Assembly: GCA_002862405.1 (NCBI GenBank)
Contig: PKCZ01000162.1
Span: 2,296-66,295 of the forward strand
Source of the DNA: Pseudomonadota bacterium
Lineage (GTDB): Bacteria > Pseudomonadota > Gammaproteobacteria > Pseudomonadales > Halieaceae
Length of the DNA: 64,000 nt
Reading direction: 5' to 3'
Shown here piece by piece: positions 52,680-62,656 of the stretch. The first letter of the stretch is position 1. Every line of letters starts with the position of its first letter. The notes below the pieces were generated by a model. It searched no databases and had not been told where the DNA came from. It saw nothing but the letters and a program-made list of their open reading frames with translations. Position numbers and translations under genes: made by a program.

Positions 52680-54668
52680 ATGACTATGATAAAAAATATT
52701 AATTACACCATCATGCTTTTGATCCTCTCAGGTTGCGGCGGATCAGGCTCCGGACCAGAAGAAATCGATGATGTGGCGCTGGTTCAGACAATTGCATTCG
52801 CGAGTTCATCTTATGAAATCGTAATAGGCAATACAGAAACATTGCAGGTTACGGGCGGCTTGGGGACAGGTGCACTGAGTTTCGAGAGCAGCGACACAAA
52901 TGTAGCAACTGTCTCTGCAGATGGTGAGGTTTCCGCTATTGCGCTTGGCTCCGCAACAATTACCGCTACAAAAGCTAGTGACAGTTCGTATTTAGAGGCC
53001 ACCGCAACAACAGAAGTAGAAGTGATACCGAAGCTCGAGCAAACAATCACCTTCGGCCAAGATAGCTATACCCTTACCGTTGGAGATACACAGACGATAG
53101 CTGCTAGCGGAGGTGACGGCACAGGTACAATTAGTTATTCAAGTTCTGATGAAACTATTGCTACGGTGACCTCTGAAGGACTGTTAACAGCACTAGCAAG
53201 TGGCTCGACTACAATTACCGCCGTGAAAGCCGCTGACGAACTCTACGCTGAGGCCACCGCTACTGCGGCCGTGACAGTGGAGGTCGCAAAACCTGACGCC
53301 CCCACTCTGTCCCTAGATTGGATCGGCAATTCGAGGCTCACAGTGAGTTGGCAAGAGGTCGAGGAGGCCACCGGCTACAACCTCTACTACGCGACTGAAA
53401 GTATTTCAGCACTTACGTTCTTGAGTAACCTGGAGGCCTTAGAAGGCTCCACACAAGTGGAGGTTTTACCCCCCGATCACACAGTTAGCGGTCTTTCTAA
53501 CAATGTCGCCTACTATCTCGTGGTTACAGCACTTGTTGGCAGCGCCGAGAGCGACGCGAGCAATGAAATAGTTGCCACTCCGAGGAATCCACTTAATGAT
53601 ACTGGGATCATAGTTAGTGGTAATGGAACCTCGGGTATAAATAATACATGCACCAAGGCGATCCAAAATGAGGGTCACGTACCTCAAGACTGTGACCAAG
53701 GGCGCGATGCTGATGGCTCCATTGCCGAGAACAAAGTGGGCACTGGCGCTGCCGCGTTCGATTTCACAAAATTAGGAAGCGATGGTACCCCGTTAGCCAT
53801 CCAGAACGTGGCTTGGTCAGCCGATGGAACGGAGGCGGAGGGCAGTCAATGGTCGTGTATTCGCGACAACGTTACTGGACTAGTCTGGGAAATAAAGACC
53901 GCGTCAGGCACCCACTCCTTCAATGAAAAGGTGACGTGGCAGAATCGGGGGACCTTAGCTGACACTACAAACGCCGAGAACTTGTGTGGCATCACCGCGT
54001 GGCGGGTACCGTCGGTAACCGAGCTGCTAACGATAGCGAATAACGGACGTCAGAACCCAGCCAACGATGTAAATCGCTTCCCCAATAGCAAAAGTCAGGC
54101 TTACTGGACTAATGACTCAGTATCGGGCGTAGCAACGAATGCGTGGGCAGTTAACTTTTTCTCTGGTATCGGAAACTCAAAGGCTAAAACCCAAACGTAC
54201 CAGGTCAGGCTAGTTGCTGGTGATTACGCAGCTACTCGCTTTGACAAAACAAGATTTGTAGACAATGGCGATAGTACCGTCACGGACCTTGTGACCGGGT
54301 TAATGTGGAAAAAATGCCCTGAGGGTTTATCTGGGGAAGGGTGCGAAGAGGGTGCAGTAAGCAATAAAGTTTGGGGAGTTGCCATGAAGACGGCGAGAGA
54401 CTCGACCTTCGCTGGATATGATGACTGGAGACTTCCGAATCTCAAAGAAATTCAAACTTTAGTCGATGTCTCGAAGAATAATCCTGCGCAGGATACAACG
54501 CTCTTCCCTAATCCAAACAATGTTCTTAACTACTGGACTTCTTCATTGACCAAAAAACCAGATCCGCTCACGCAGTCGTGGAGGATAAATTTTCAGAGAG
54601 GTCTTCCCGAAGTGAAGGTTCGAACAGGGTCGCAAAATGCTCAGTGGCTCGTACGGGACGCCGAGTAA
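52680..54668 (+). CDS. surface lipoprotein with 2x Big_2 Ig-like, FN3-like and 2x DUF1566 (Lcl C-terminal-like) domains
   Basis: Lipobox LSGC. Two roughly 80-aa tandem Ig-like repeats are present (...TGGLGTGALSFESSDTNVATVSADGEV... / ...SGGDGTGTISYSSSDETIATVTSEGLL...). An FN3-like block (TVSWQEVEEATGYNLYY) follows, then two DUF1566-type blocks (VTGLVWEIK...WRVPSVTELLTI; VTGLMWKKC...DWRLPNLKEIQTL). Confidence 0.75.
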   Translation: MTMIKNINYTIMLLILSGCGGSGSGPEEIDDVALVQTIAFASSSYEIVIGNTETLQVTGGLGTGALSFESSDTNVATVSADGEVSAIALGSATITATKASDSSYLEATATTEVEVIPKLEQTITFGQDSYTLTVGDTQTIAASGGDGTGTISYSSSDETIATVTSEGLLTALASGSTTITAVKAADELYAEATATAAVTVEVAKPDAPTLSLDWIGNSRLTVSWQEVEEATGYNLYYATESISALTFLSNLEALEGSTQVEVLPPDHTVSGLSNNVAYYLVVTALVGSAESDASNEIVATPRNPLNDTGIIVSGNGTSGINNTCTKAIQNEGHVPQDCDQGRDADGSIAENKVGTGAAAFDFTKLGSDGTPLAIQNVAWSADGTEAEGSQWSCIRDNVTGLVWEIKTASGTHSFNEKVTWQNRGTLADTTNAENLCGITAWRVPSVTELLTIANNGRQNPANDVNRFPNSKSQAYWTNDSVSGVATNAWAVNFFSGIGNSKAKTQTYQVRLVAGDYAATRFDKTRFVDNGDSTVTDLVTGLMWKKCPEGLSGEGCEEGAVSNKVWGVAMKTARDSTFAGYDDWRLPNLKEIQTLVDVSKNNPAQDTTLFPNPNNVLNYWTSSLTKKPDPLTQSWRINFQRGLPEVKVRTGSQNAQWLVRDAE

Positions 54669-54747
54669 TGGATAATAATTCGCTGCGCTCGAATAAGATT
54701 AAAATAAAGTGTCATGAAAGTGTGATCCTCGTGGCAGAGGTGCGTTC

Positions 54748-57639
54748 TTGACGCGGATGCACCAAACCATCTTCTTTCACTTGGCTGTCCTTGCAGCACT
54801 TACGGTGGCCTCTCCATATCAGGTCGCAGCGCAAGTTACTGGTGACGAATCAAATGAAACTAGCGCAAGTTCGGGGGGAATCGTCGAGGAAGTCATTGTT
54901 TATGGTATTCAACAAAGCCTCGAGTCTGCGTTGGAGCAAAAGAGGCAACAAAAAAATCTAATCGAGGTCATCAATGCTGAAGACATTGGCAAGATGCCAG
55001 ATGAAAATCTCGCCGAGGTACTCGAGAATATTCCAGGAGTTCAAATCAGTAGAAATGCCGGTATAGGGTCATCGGTAGCCGTCAGGGGCAGTGAAGACAA
55101 CCGCGTAGAAATTAATGGTAGAGGCACGACCCCGGCAGGTGACAGTCGTGGTGGTATGAGCTTTGAAGACCTCCCCGCTGCTCTCGTTCGGTCCCTTAAT
55201 GTTGTAAAAGTTCCCACCGCAGATATGGTCGAGGGCAGCATCGGTGGAACGATAGATGTTAAAACTTATCGCGGACTCAGACTGAAAGAACGACTTGCCG
55301 TTTTCAGAGCTGCCGCTGAATACGCCGAGAATGCCGAAGCGTGGAACCAGAATTTCTCCGCGACCGTTGGTGATAAATTTTCTACGCAACTGGGTGATGT
55401 GGGGGCAATTGTAACTTTCAATCACATAGAGAAGACTGTGAGAGAGGACTCTTTAAGGGTTTCACCGGGAATTCGACAAGCAGCGCAAAGCAACGTTGAC
55501 TTTAATGGTGATGGTATTGGCGATGCTTATTACAAGCCCGGGTTTGGAGACCTTCTCTTCGGTGTTGAGGATAGAGAAAACACTGCAGTTAGCGCTTCTT
55601 TGGAATGGCAGTACAGCAACGATTTGAAGCTTTTTACCGAGGTGTCTTACACAGACTTTTCGAGGCTCAATTTAGGGCAATCTATGTTTATAGGAGCAGC
55701 TGGCGGTGACCAAGAGCTCGATGGTACTGAAGATGCCACGTTCGGCTCGTTGTCAATTGCGGGCGTAAGTATTCCAATGCTCACTTCAGGTATTATTGGC
55801 GGGGGCGTCAGAAACGGCGGTATAGATCTCTCAACCGAGACAGGCGGTCCCAATGATGGATTAAGACTCCGCTCAAACAATCGCGCCGGCTCACGCGACA
55901 CTGAATCCTATCTCGCGGCAATCGGTGGAGAATGGGATAGCGACGATGTAAAAGTGGAATTCGAGGTCAGCGCCGCTGGATCAGACACTCAGGAGGCCTC
56001 GTTCACTACGGTGTTTCAATTCAACGATCCCACAGCGACTAATTTCCACAGTGCTGGCGCTGCGATCAGAGTACCTTTTTACTACGACTATCGAGATGGC
56101 GTCCTTGAGTATGGTCCAACAGGTGATCGCGTCACCACGACACAACTGTTGGACCCAAATTACTACTCGCTATTTATTGCCCGAGATCAGGATAGCTTCT
56201 TTGATAATGAGGAAACTGCAGCGACCGTCGACGTAACCTGGTTCCGCAACAGCGGGATGTGGCAAGAAATCAAGGCAGGTATTCGAATCAGCGACAGATC
56301 CATTAATCGATCTCGCTTGTCACAGGTATCTCGGAACTTTCCTGGCTTTTCCGGGAGTGATTTAGCGCAGTTTCTCGCACCAACACCGGGAGACTTTTTC
56401 GAATTCAGGAGCAATGGTGCCTACCTCGATAATTTTTTGACCGGCAATACCAACGCTATCTTTGGACAGAGAAGACAACTGCGCAGCCTGATTGGCTTGG
56501 ATACTGACGGTGTAACTGACCCACTTCAAGGTTTTGGCGTCGATGAGAACACCTACGCGGGCTACCTGCGTGGTGACTTTGAGCTTGATATTTTGGGTCT
56601 TCCCGCGCAAGGAATTGCAGGGTTACGCGTGGTTAATACCGATCAGAACGCCGCCGGAAATGAAGTGATGATTGATGGCTCACTGCGCGATGTTTCCGAG
56701 TCACAGGACTACACCGAAGTGCTTCCATCACTCAGCCTGGTGATCTCGCCCATGGATGACGTGCAAATTAGATTTGGCGCGGCAAAAATCATGCGCAGAC
56801 CCAGTTTTGGTGATCTGTCTCCGACCGTTAGATACCCACTGAATACAGGTCAGGCAGTGCTCGTAGGTGACCCCACGCTCCAACCGACCACAGCAAAACA
56901 ATTCGATCTCACACTGGAGTACTACCCACGCAAAGGCAGTGTTATGAGTCTTGGTATTTACCACAAAGACCTTGATGGCGTTGTGGGGCGAGAGACTATC
57001 TTCAGTGGTATTTGTAACCCCAGAGCAGTTGACGCGAACGCTGGAAATCCTGATCTCGCGCTACCGGTCTGCACGGTTGCGGGTGAGGCCGGTGTATTGG
57101 TCAATCGAATATCCCCAGTGAATTTACCGGGCGGAGAAATCGACGGCATCGAAGTGGCTTTTCAGCACTACTTTCGAAACTTGCCACAACCTTTCAACGG
57201 CTTAGGCATTATCGCAAATTACGCCTACCAAAACGGGAGCCGCGATCAAACCTTCACGTCACCCGCAGGTTTAAATAGCAATGGCGATCGACAGGATTTA
57301 CCACTGAATTTCGTGCGACTGTCGGAGAACTCTTACAACTTCACAGCGTTTTACGAGAAACCCAAGTGGTCCGCTAGATTACGATATACCTATCGCGATG
57401 TGTTTTTGGTATCCGAATCAACTGATATCAGTAATGGTTTCCCACTCTACTCAGATGATCGAGGTCAGCTAAACGCTTCCCTCAGCTTTAACATCAACCA
57501 GAAGACCGCATTGACGTTCAGCGGAGTCAATCTGCTTAAAGATCGAACCGTGCAGCCCGGCGTTTTTGCTAATGGTCCGATCGCCCGAATGATGGACTCT
57601 GACCGACGGGTAACCATGGGCATTCGGATAAAGCTTTGA
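54748..57639 (+). CDS. TonB-dependent receptor (large, carbohydrate-type)
   Basis: 963 aa with a signal peptide, a plug domain (IEVINAEDIGKMPDENLAEVLENIPGVQ) and a long beta-barrel. TTG 54748 or ATG 54757 could be the start. Confidence 0.9.
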   Translation: MTRMHQTIFFHLAVLAALTVASPYQVAAQVTGDESNETSASSGGIVEEVIVYGIQQSLESALEQKRQQKNLIEVINAEDIGKMPDENLAEVLENIPGVQISRNAGIGSSVAVRGSEDNRVEINGRGTTPAGDSRGGMSFEDLPAALVRSLNVVKVPTADMVEGSIGGTIDVKTYRGLRLKERLAVFRAAAEYAENAEAWNQNFSATVGDKFSTQLGDVGAIVTFNHIEKTVREDSLRVSPGIRQAAQSNVDFNGDGIGDAYYKPGFGDLLFGVEDRENTAVSASLEWQYSNDLKLFTEVSYTDFSRLNLGQSMFIGAAGGDQELDGTEDATFGSLSIAGVSIPMLTSGIIGGGVRNGGIDLSTETGGPNDGLRLRSNNRAGSRDTESYLAAIGGEWDSDDVKVEFEVSAAGSDTQEASFTTVFQFNDPTATNFHSAGAAIRVPFYYDYRDGVLEYGPTGDRVTTTQLLDPNYYSLFIARDQDSFFDNEETAATVDVTWFRNSGMWQEIKAGIRISDRSINRSRLSQVSRNFPGFSGSDLAQFLAPTPGDFFEFRSNGAYLDNFLTGNTNAIFGQRRQLRSLIGLDTDGVTDPLQGFGVDENTYAGYLRGDFELDILGLPAQGIAGLRVVNTDQNAAGNEVMIDGSLRDVSESQDYTEVLPSLSLVISPMDDVQIRFGAAKIMRRPSFGDLSPTVRYPLNTGQAVLVGDPTLQPTTAKQFDLTLEYYPRKGSVMSLGIYHKDLDGVVGRETIFSGICNPRAVDANAGNPDLALPVCTVAGEAGVLVNRISPVNLPGGEIDGIEVAFQHYFRNLPQPFNGLGIIANYAYQNGSRDQTFTSPAGLNSNGDRQDLPLNFVRLSENSYNFTAFYEKPKWSARLRYTYRDVFLVSESTDISNGFPLYSDDRGQLNASLSFNINQKTALTFSGVNLLKDRTVQPGVFANGPIARMMDSDRRVTMGIRIKL

Positions 57640-57699
57640 TAAAAAGCAGCGGCTACAGTTTCGTTGATACTCGACATCGTGCCGTCTGGGGCTGTTGAT

Positions 57700-59382
57700 G
57701 TGGCCCGCGATCATCGCCATGAAAAGCAAGTAACGGGTGCCCGCTCTTATTTGTTAGCGACCTTCATCGGGCTTTTCCTTGCGGGCTCCGCGGTTGCTCA
57801 GACTACGTATTATGTCAGCGAAATGGGAAACGATCGTAATGACGGTTTATCCGAAGGGACGCCATGGCAATCATTATCGAGAGTCAGTCGAGAGCGCCTA
57901 GAACCGGGAGACACTGTGCGATTTCGGTCAGGTGATTTATTTGAAGGGCAGCTAGTTATTTCAAACTCTGGTACCGCAGAGGCACCAATTACTTTCACTC
58001 GGTACGGAGCCGGTGAGAAGCCACTACTCGACGCAGGTAACCCTAGACGCGGCGCCCACGTCGCCACGGTCTTGATCGAGGATCAAGACCAACTCGTCAT
58101 TAGCGAATTAAAAATAAGAAACTTTCGTAAACGTGCGCGCGACGGTATCGACGATGGCGACGCTTTTGGCATTTTAATTAGAAACTCTGGGCGACGTGCC
58201 CTGACTGGATATGAGCTCAGTCGGCTCGAGATTGATGAAGTTTATCCCATCAAGCGCCGTCGGATGTTCAATCGAAATACAGTCAGTGGCATCCGATTCG
58301 AGACGTCTCCCGCACAGACGGTCAAAAGAGCAGTCAACACATCAAACATCTATATCCATGAAAATGTCATTCGAAGGAGCGGGAGGTTCGGTATTGCGAT
58401 TCGCCATCGGCCATCTGACGTCGGGGGCGTCCGGGGGACGCCTCTGGATTTCGATGAAAACGTTCGCATTATTAATAATCTCTGCGAAGACTTAGGTGGT
58501 AGCTGCGTACTGTTGAATGGTGTTAAAGGCGGACTCCTCGAGAGCAACACATTCCTTAGATCGGGTTCTCGTACCAATCAAAATGTCTCCGTCACTAGAG
58601 GAAGCGGCGCATGGTTCTTTCGTTCGCGCGATATCGTTGCCCAGTTCAATGCGGCCATCGGCTCACGCGGTCACAATGACTCAAGTGGTCTTCACGTAGA
58701 CTTCGGCAACAAGAATGTTCTCGTGCAATACAATTTCTTCTACGATAATGAGGGCTACGGCACAGAAATTCTGGGCAAAAATGACAATGTTATCTGGCGA
58801 TATAACGTCAGTGTGGGGGACGGTACTCGCGTTGCCCGAGTGGATCGGCCAGAAGGCATCAAAAGTGAGTTTCCCGGTAAAACCATATTCGTCAGTGACT
58901 TTGCGGCACCCAAACGCTTGCCGTCTTCAAACATCCACATATACAACAACACCTACGTTACCTTCCCTGATTCCGCACCTCAGGTAGAGATTAACGGTGA
59001 AAACGTTGCTCTCCGAAATAATGCCTTTATCGCAACGCCCGATAGTCGGATTGGTAGTCGAGTGCTCGTTGTTTGGAATGACGACAATGGAAGTATTATT
59101 TCCAATAACCTGTTTTCAGGGGCAGTAGCACCAGCGCTCATCGCTATGGATGACGCACCTCATCTCTCAGTACTGGCAATGGATGTCAGCGCAACAAGCC
59201 TAGAGGCGTTCGCTATTCCTTCGGATTTTACGGGGGAGCCTATTGTTCATCCGCCTTTCCCTGCGGCAGGAAAAGGTGTCTTTTCGCACATCACGGAGAT
59301 TCCAAAAAGGGATATTTTTGGCAACCTGATTGCGCAGGATGCACCCGTGATAGGTGCCGGGACAGCCAGTGAAAGCCCTTAA
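57700..59382 (+). CDS. secreted right-handed parallel beta-helix protein (uncharacterised polysaccharide lyase/hydrolase candidate)
   Basis: After the signal peptide, the start TYYVSEMGNDRNDGLSEGTPWQSL is typical of beta-helix (DUF1565/pectate-lyase-fold) proteins. Repeated N-x-hydrophobic coils follow (IHENVIRRSG, IINNLCEDLGG, LESNTFLRSG, VQYNFFYDNEGYG, IYNNTYV, LRNNAFI). The start is uncertain: GTG 57700, or the track's TTG 57664. Confidence 0.7.
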   Translation: MARDHRHEKQVTGARSYLLATFIGLFLAGSAVAQTTYYVSEMGNDRNDGLSEGTPWQSLSRVSRERLEPGDTVRFRSGDLFEGQLVISNSGTAEAPITFTRYGAGEKPLLDAGNPRRGAHVATVLIEDQDQLVISELKIRNFRKRARDGIDDGDAFGILIRNSGRRALTGYELSRLEIDEVYPIKRRRMFNRNTVSGIRFETSPAQTVKRAVNTSNIYIHENVIRRSGRFGIAIRHRPSDVGGVRGTPLDFDENVRIINNLCEDLGGSCVLLNGVKGGLLESNTFLRSGSRTNQNVSVTRGSGAWFFRSRDIVAQFNAAIGSRGHNDSSGLHVDFGNKNVLVQYNFFYDNEGYGTEILGKNDNVIWRYNVSVGDGTRVARVDRPEGIKSEFPGKTIFVSDFAAPKRLPSSNIHIYNNTYVTFPDSAPQVEINGENVALRNNAFIATPDSRIGSRVLVVWNDDNGSIISNNLFSGAVAPALIAMDDAPHLSVLAMDVSATSLEAFAIPSDFTGEPIVHPPFPAAGKGVFSHITEIPKRDIFGNLIAQDAPVIGAGTASESP

Positions 59383-60931
59383 ATCAACCAACATCAATTG
59401 GTTGTTTGTTGCAGTTATCTTGTGGCTTCAAGCGCCTGCTCTCGCATCTCAAAACACCTCACCAAATTTCATTCTCGTCCTGACCGACGACCAGGGCTGG
59501 AGTTCAATGTCCTCGCCAATGGATAAAGACGCCGAAGAAAGTCAAAGCGACTTCCATTACACGCCATCGCTCGACCTGATAAGCGCCTCCGGAGTGCGTT
59601 TTTCGAATGCGTATGCTGCGGCTCCTGTTTGCTCTCCTACGCGTTACAGCATCCAATTTGGAAAATCTCCTGCACGTCTTCGCCACACTAGAGTTCGAGG
59701 TCCAAACTGGGTTAATCACGACCAGCTGGCGATTCCTCAATTATTAAAGCTCGCCAATCCAAATTATCGCTCTGCCCATTTCGGCAAGTGGCACATTGAC
59801 GCCGAACCCGCTCAACTGGGATACGACGTGAGTGATGGAAAGACGGGCAATAAAGAAGGTGGATACGTTGAGGATCAAAAGGAGCAGTGGCGAGGTTATG
59901 AAAAAGACGATCCAAAGCGCATTGAAGCAATCACAGAGCGTGCAGTCGACTTCATAAAGGATAGTCTTCGGAGAGAGCAGCCCTTTTTTGTCCAGGTGTC
60001 GCATTATGCACTTCACTCGAATCTCGAATACAGCGGCCGCTCATTTAGATACTTTGAAGAAAAGAAGCCCGGCGACCTCCACAGTAATATCGCTTATGCG
60101 TCTATGCTGCTAGACATGGACACGGCAATTGGAACGTTGTTTGAGACCTACAGAGAGCTTGGGCTCGAAAACAACACCTACTTCATCGTCACCTCGGATA
60201 ACGGCGGGATGCCAGTATTGCCTCAGAAACTCAACCAAGGAAGACCCTATGAGAAAGGTATGAACTACCCGATGTTACGAGGAAAGTGGGACCTAATGGA
60301 AGGAGGGATTCGTGTACCATTTATGGTCGTGGGTCCATCAATCAGCCCTAACTCACAGTCTAGTGAACCCATCATTAGTTATGACTTGCTTCCGACATTT
60401 GCCGATTTGACGGGTGCAACCGAGCACCTGAGCCATGATACCGACGGTGTGAGCCTCCGCCCTTTACTAACAACACCCAACGACCAACTAGAGCGTCCAC
60501 AACATGGCCTGGTATTTCACTTCCCTCACTACAATGCCGTTGGATTGAACGAACCCCACTCTGCGATTCGGGTCAACTCACTGAAACTAGTCCGCTTTCA
60601 TACCTCCGCGCGATCATTACTGTTTGATCTAGCGACAGACCCTTACGAGCGCATCGACATAGCCGGTAACAATCCAGAATGCTCTCAAGCTTTAGAGCGA
60701 TTGCTAAATGACTACTTACAGAAAGTAAACGCCGAAACACCCGAAGAGAGCGTGAGTTGGGAAAAACCAGGAAAAAATGGGGCCGTACACACAAAGTTTC
60801 TGTCTCGCTATCCAGAAAATAATGGCGTCACGAAAATACTGAAATGCGAACATTTTGCCTCGCGAAAGACTGTGGGTACTCCTTGGTCCCAGAAAGCGCA
60901 CTCACCAACAACACTAGGAGCAACATTGTGA
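59369..60931 (+). CDS. formylglycine-dependent sulfatase, secreted
   Basis: CSPTRYSIQFG signature and TDDQGW. The signal peptide begins at GTG 59369, which overlaps the upstream gene by 14 nt. Confidence 0.85.
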   Translation: MKALKSTNINWLFVAVILWLQAPALASQNTSPNFILVLTDDQGWSSMSSPMDKDAEESQSDFHYTPSLDLISASGVRFSNAYAAAPVCSPTRYSIQFGKSPARLRHTRVRGPNWVNHDQLAIPQLLKLANPNYRSAHFGKWHIDAEPAQLGYDVSDGKTGNKEGGYVEDQKEQWRGYEKDDPKRIEAITERAVDFIKDSLRREQPFFVQVSHYALHSNLEYSGRSFRYFEEKKPGDLHSNIAYASMLLDMDTAIGTLFETYRELGLENNTYFIVTSDNGGMPVLPQKLNQGRPYEKGMNYPMLRGKWDLMEGGIRVPFMVVGPSISPNSQSSEPIISYDLLPTFADLTGATEHLSHDTDGVSLRPLLTTPNDQLERPQHGLVFHFPHYNAVGLNEPHSAIRVNSLKLVRFHTSARSLLFDLATDPYERIDIAGNNPECSQALERLLNDYLQKVNAETPEESVSWEKPGKNGAVHTKFLSRYPENNGVTKILKCEHFASRKTVGTPWSQKAHSPTTLGATL

Positions 60932-62598
60932 CCAGAGCTAAAAGAATATCCACTGTGTCAGTTTTTATAACCGTGCTAGCAGGGTGGCTCCTCACCGGCT
61001 GTGATGACGTTGAGTCGACTACAAAACTACCCGCCGAACCCCAAAGTCACGTTACTGCCGCCTCCGATATCAACGTCATTTACATCCTGACTGACGATCA
61101 ACGATTTGATGAGCTGGGATTCATGAATCCGGTTATCGATACACCGAATATCGACAGACTGGCTCAAGAGGGAGTCCACTTCAAAAACGCCTTTGTTACG
61201 ACGGCCCTGTGCTCTCCCAGCCGAGCCACCATTTTGACCGGCCAATACATGCACAATCATGGTGTGGTCGATAACAATGCACCGCCAAATCCTGAGAGCG
61301 TTTTCTTTCCCCAGTACCTACAAAAAGGAGGATACGACACAGCCTTCATCGGAAAATGGCATATGGGTGAAGCTGCCTCAGCAACTCGCAACCTTGATGA
61401 TCCACAACCAGGGTTCGACCATTGGGTGAGTTTTGCGGGACAGGGTCATTACTATCCCACTAAATTGCGTAACGGTGAGATGAATAAACTCAACGTCAAC
61501 GGTGAGCACGTCTTTCAAAAAGGCTACATAACAGATGAGCTGACTGACTATGCGGTCGATTATTTGTCCCAGCGCACGTCTGAGCGGCCATTTTTCCTTT
61601 ATTTATCGCACAAAGCAGTACATGCGAACTTCTCCCCCGCCGCGCGCCATGCCACTCAATATTCCGATCGAAAAATTCCGGTGCCCGCAAGTCAAGCAGA
61701 TACGGCCGAGAACTACGCGGGGAAACCAATGTGGGTAAAAAATCAGCGTAATAGCTGGCATGGTGTGGATTTCCCTTACCACAGTTCACTCGATGTCCAA
61801 GCGTACAAAATGGAGTACCACAGAGCTATGTCGGCAGTTGATGACAGTGTGGGTCGCCTCTTAGCTTGGCTATCTGAAAATGGATATGCAGGGAATACGA
61901 TTGTCATGCTGATGGGGGATAACGGATTCTTGTTCGGAGAGCATGGGCTAATCGACAAAAGAAATGCATACGAGGAATCGATGCGGGTGCCCTTAATTGC
62001 CTGGGGGCCAGGCGTCATTGAGCAAGGTCTTTCAGTGTCCGAAATGATCGCAAACTTGGATATCGCTCCTACAGTTATGGAAATAGCGGGATTAACCCCA
62101 CCAGCGCAATTCGAAGGTCAGAGTTTCCTCTCGCTGGCAAAGGGTCTCGAGATTGATGAATGGAGGGACGAGCTACTCTACGAGTACTACTGGGAGTTTA
62201 ACTTTCCAAGCACGCCCACAACCTTCGCGCTTCGCACTGACGCCTTTAAGCTCATTCAATATCACGGAGTTTGGGATACGGAGGAACTTTATGACTTGCG
62301 ATCAGATCCCAAAGAAATGAATAACCTCATTAATAATCCCAAGTATCTGTCTATCGTGGCGAGCATGCGTCGGCAGCTCTTCAACAGACTGAGTAACAAC
62401 AAGGGAGAGCATGTAGTTCCCTACACTGAAAAATTTAGCTCCGGCGCTGTTTTTCGGGAGAGAGATCGATCAACAGCCGCTGAATTTCCCGAACACTGGC
62501 TAAAAAAAGACTCTGATCAAGGCTTAGAAGACTTCTTTGTTCCTGACTTACGCAGAGCAAACTCAGCAAAGGATCAGGTCGACGCAGACCTGCGCTGA
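60928..62598 (+). CDS. formylglycine-dependent sulfatase, lipoprotein
   Basis: CSPSRATILTG signature and TDDQRFDE, with lipobox LTGC. GTG 60928 is preceded by AGGAG and overlaps the upstream stop as GTGA. Confidence 0.9.
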   Translation: MTRAKRISTVSVFITVLAGWLLTGCDDVESTTKLPAEPQSHVTAASDINVIYILTDDQRFDELGFMNPVIDTPNIDRLAQEGVHFKNAFVTTALCSPSRATILTGQYMHNHGVVDNNAPPNPESVFFPQYLQKGGYDTAFIGKWHMGEAASATRNLDDPQPGFDHWVSFAGQGHYYPTKLRNGEMNKLNVNGEHVFQKGYITDELTDYAVDYLSQRTSERPFFLYLSHKAVHANFSPAARHATQYSDRKIPVPASQADTAENYAGKPMWVKNQRNSWHGVDFPYHSSLDVQAYKMEYHRAMSAVDDSVGRLLAWLSENGYAGNTIVMLMGDNGFLFGEHGLIDKRNAYEESMRVPLIAWGPGVIEQGLSVSEMIANLDIAPTVMEIAGLTPPAQFEGQSFLSLAKGLEIDEWRDELLYEYYWEFNFPSTPTTFALRTDAFKLIQYHGVWDTEELYDLRSDPKEMNNLINNPKYLSIVASMRRQLFNRLSNNKGEHVVPYTEKFSSGAVFRERDRSTAAEFPEHWLKKDSDQGLEDFFVPDLRRANSAKDQVDADLR

Positions 62599-62656
62599 AT
62601 CGCGCAGTGATCCGAGGGGCCCTTCTAACTCATCTATAAAAAAGTCCTTGAGGGCC

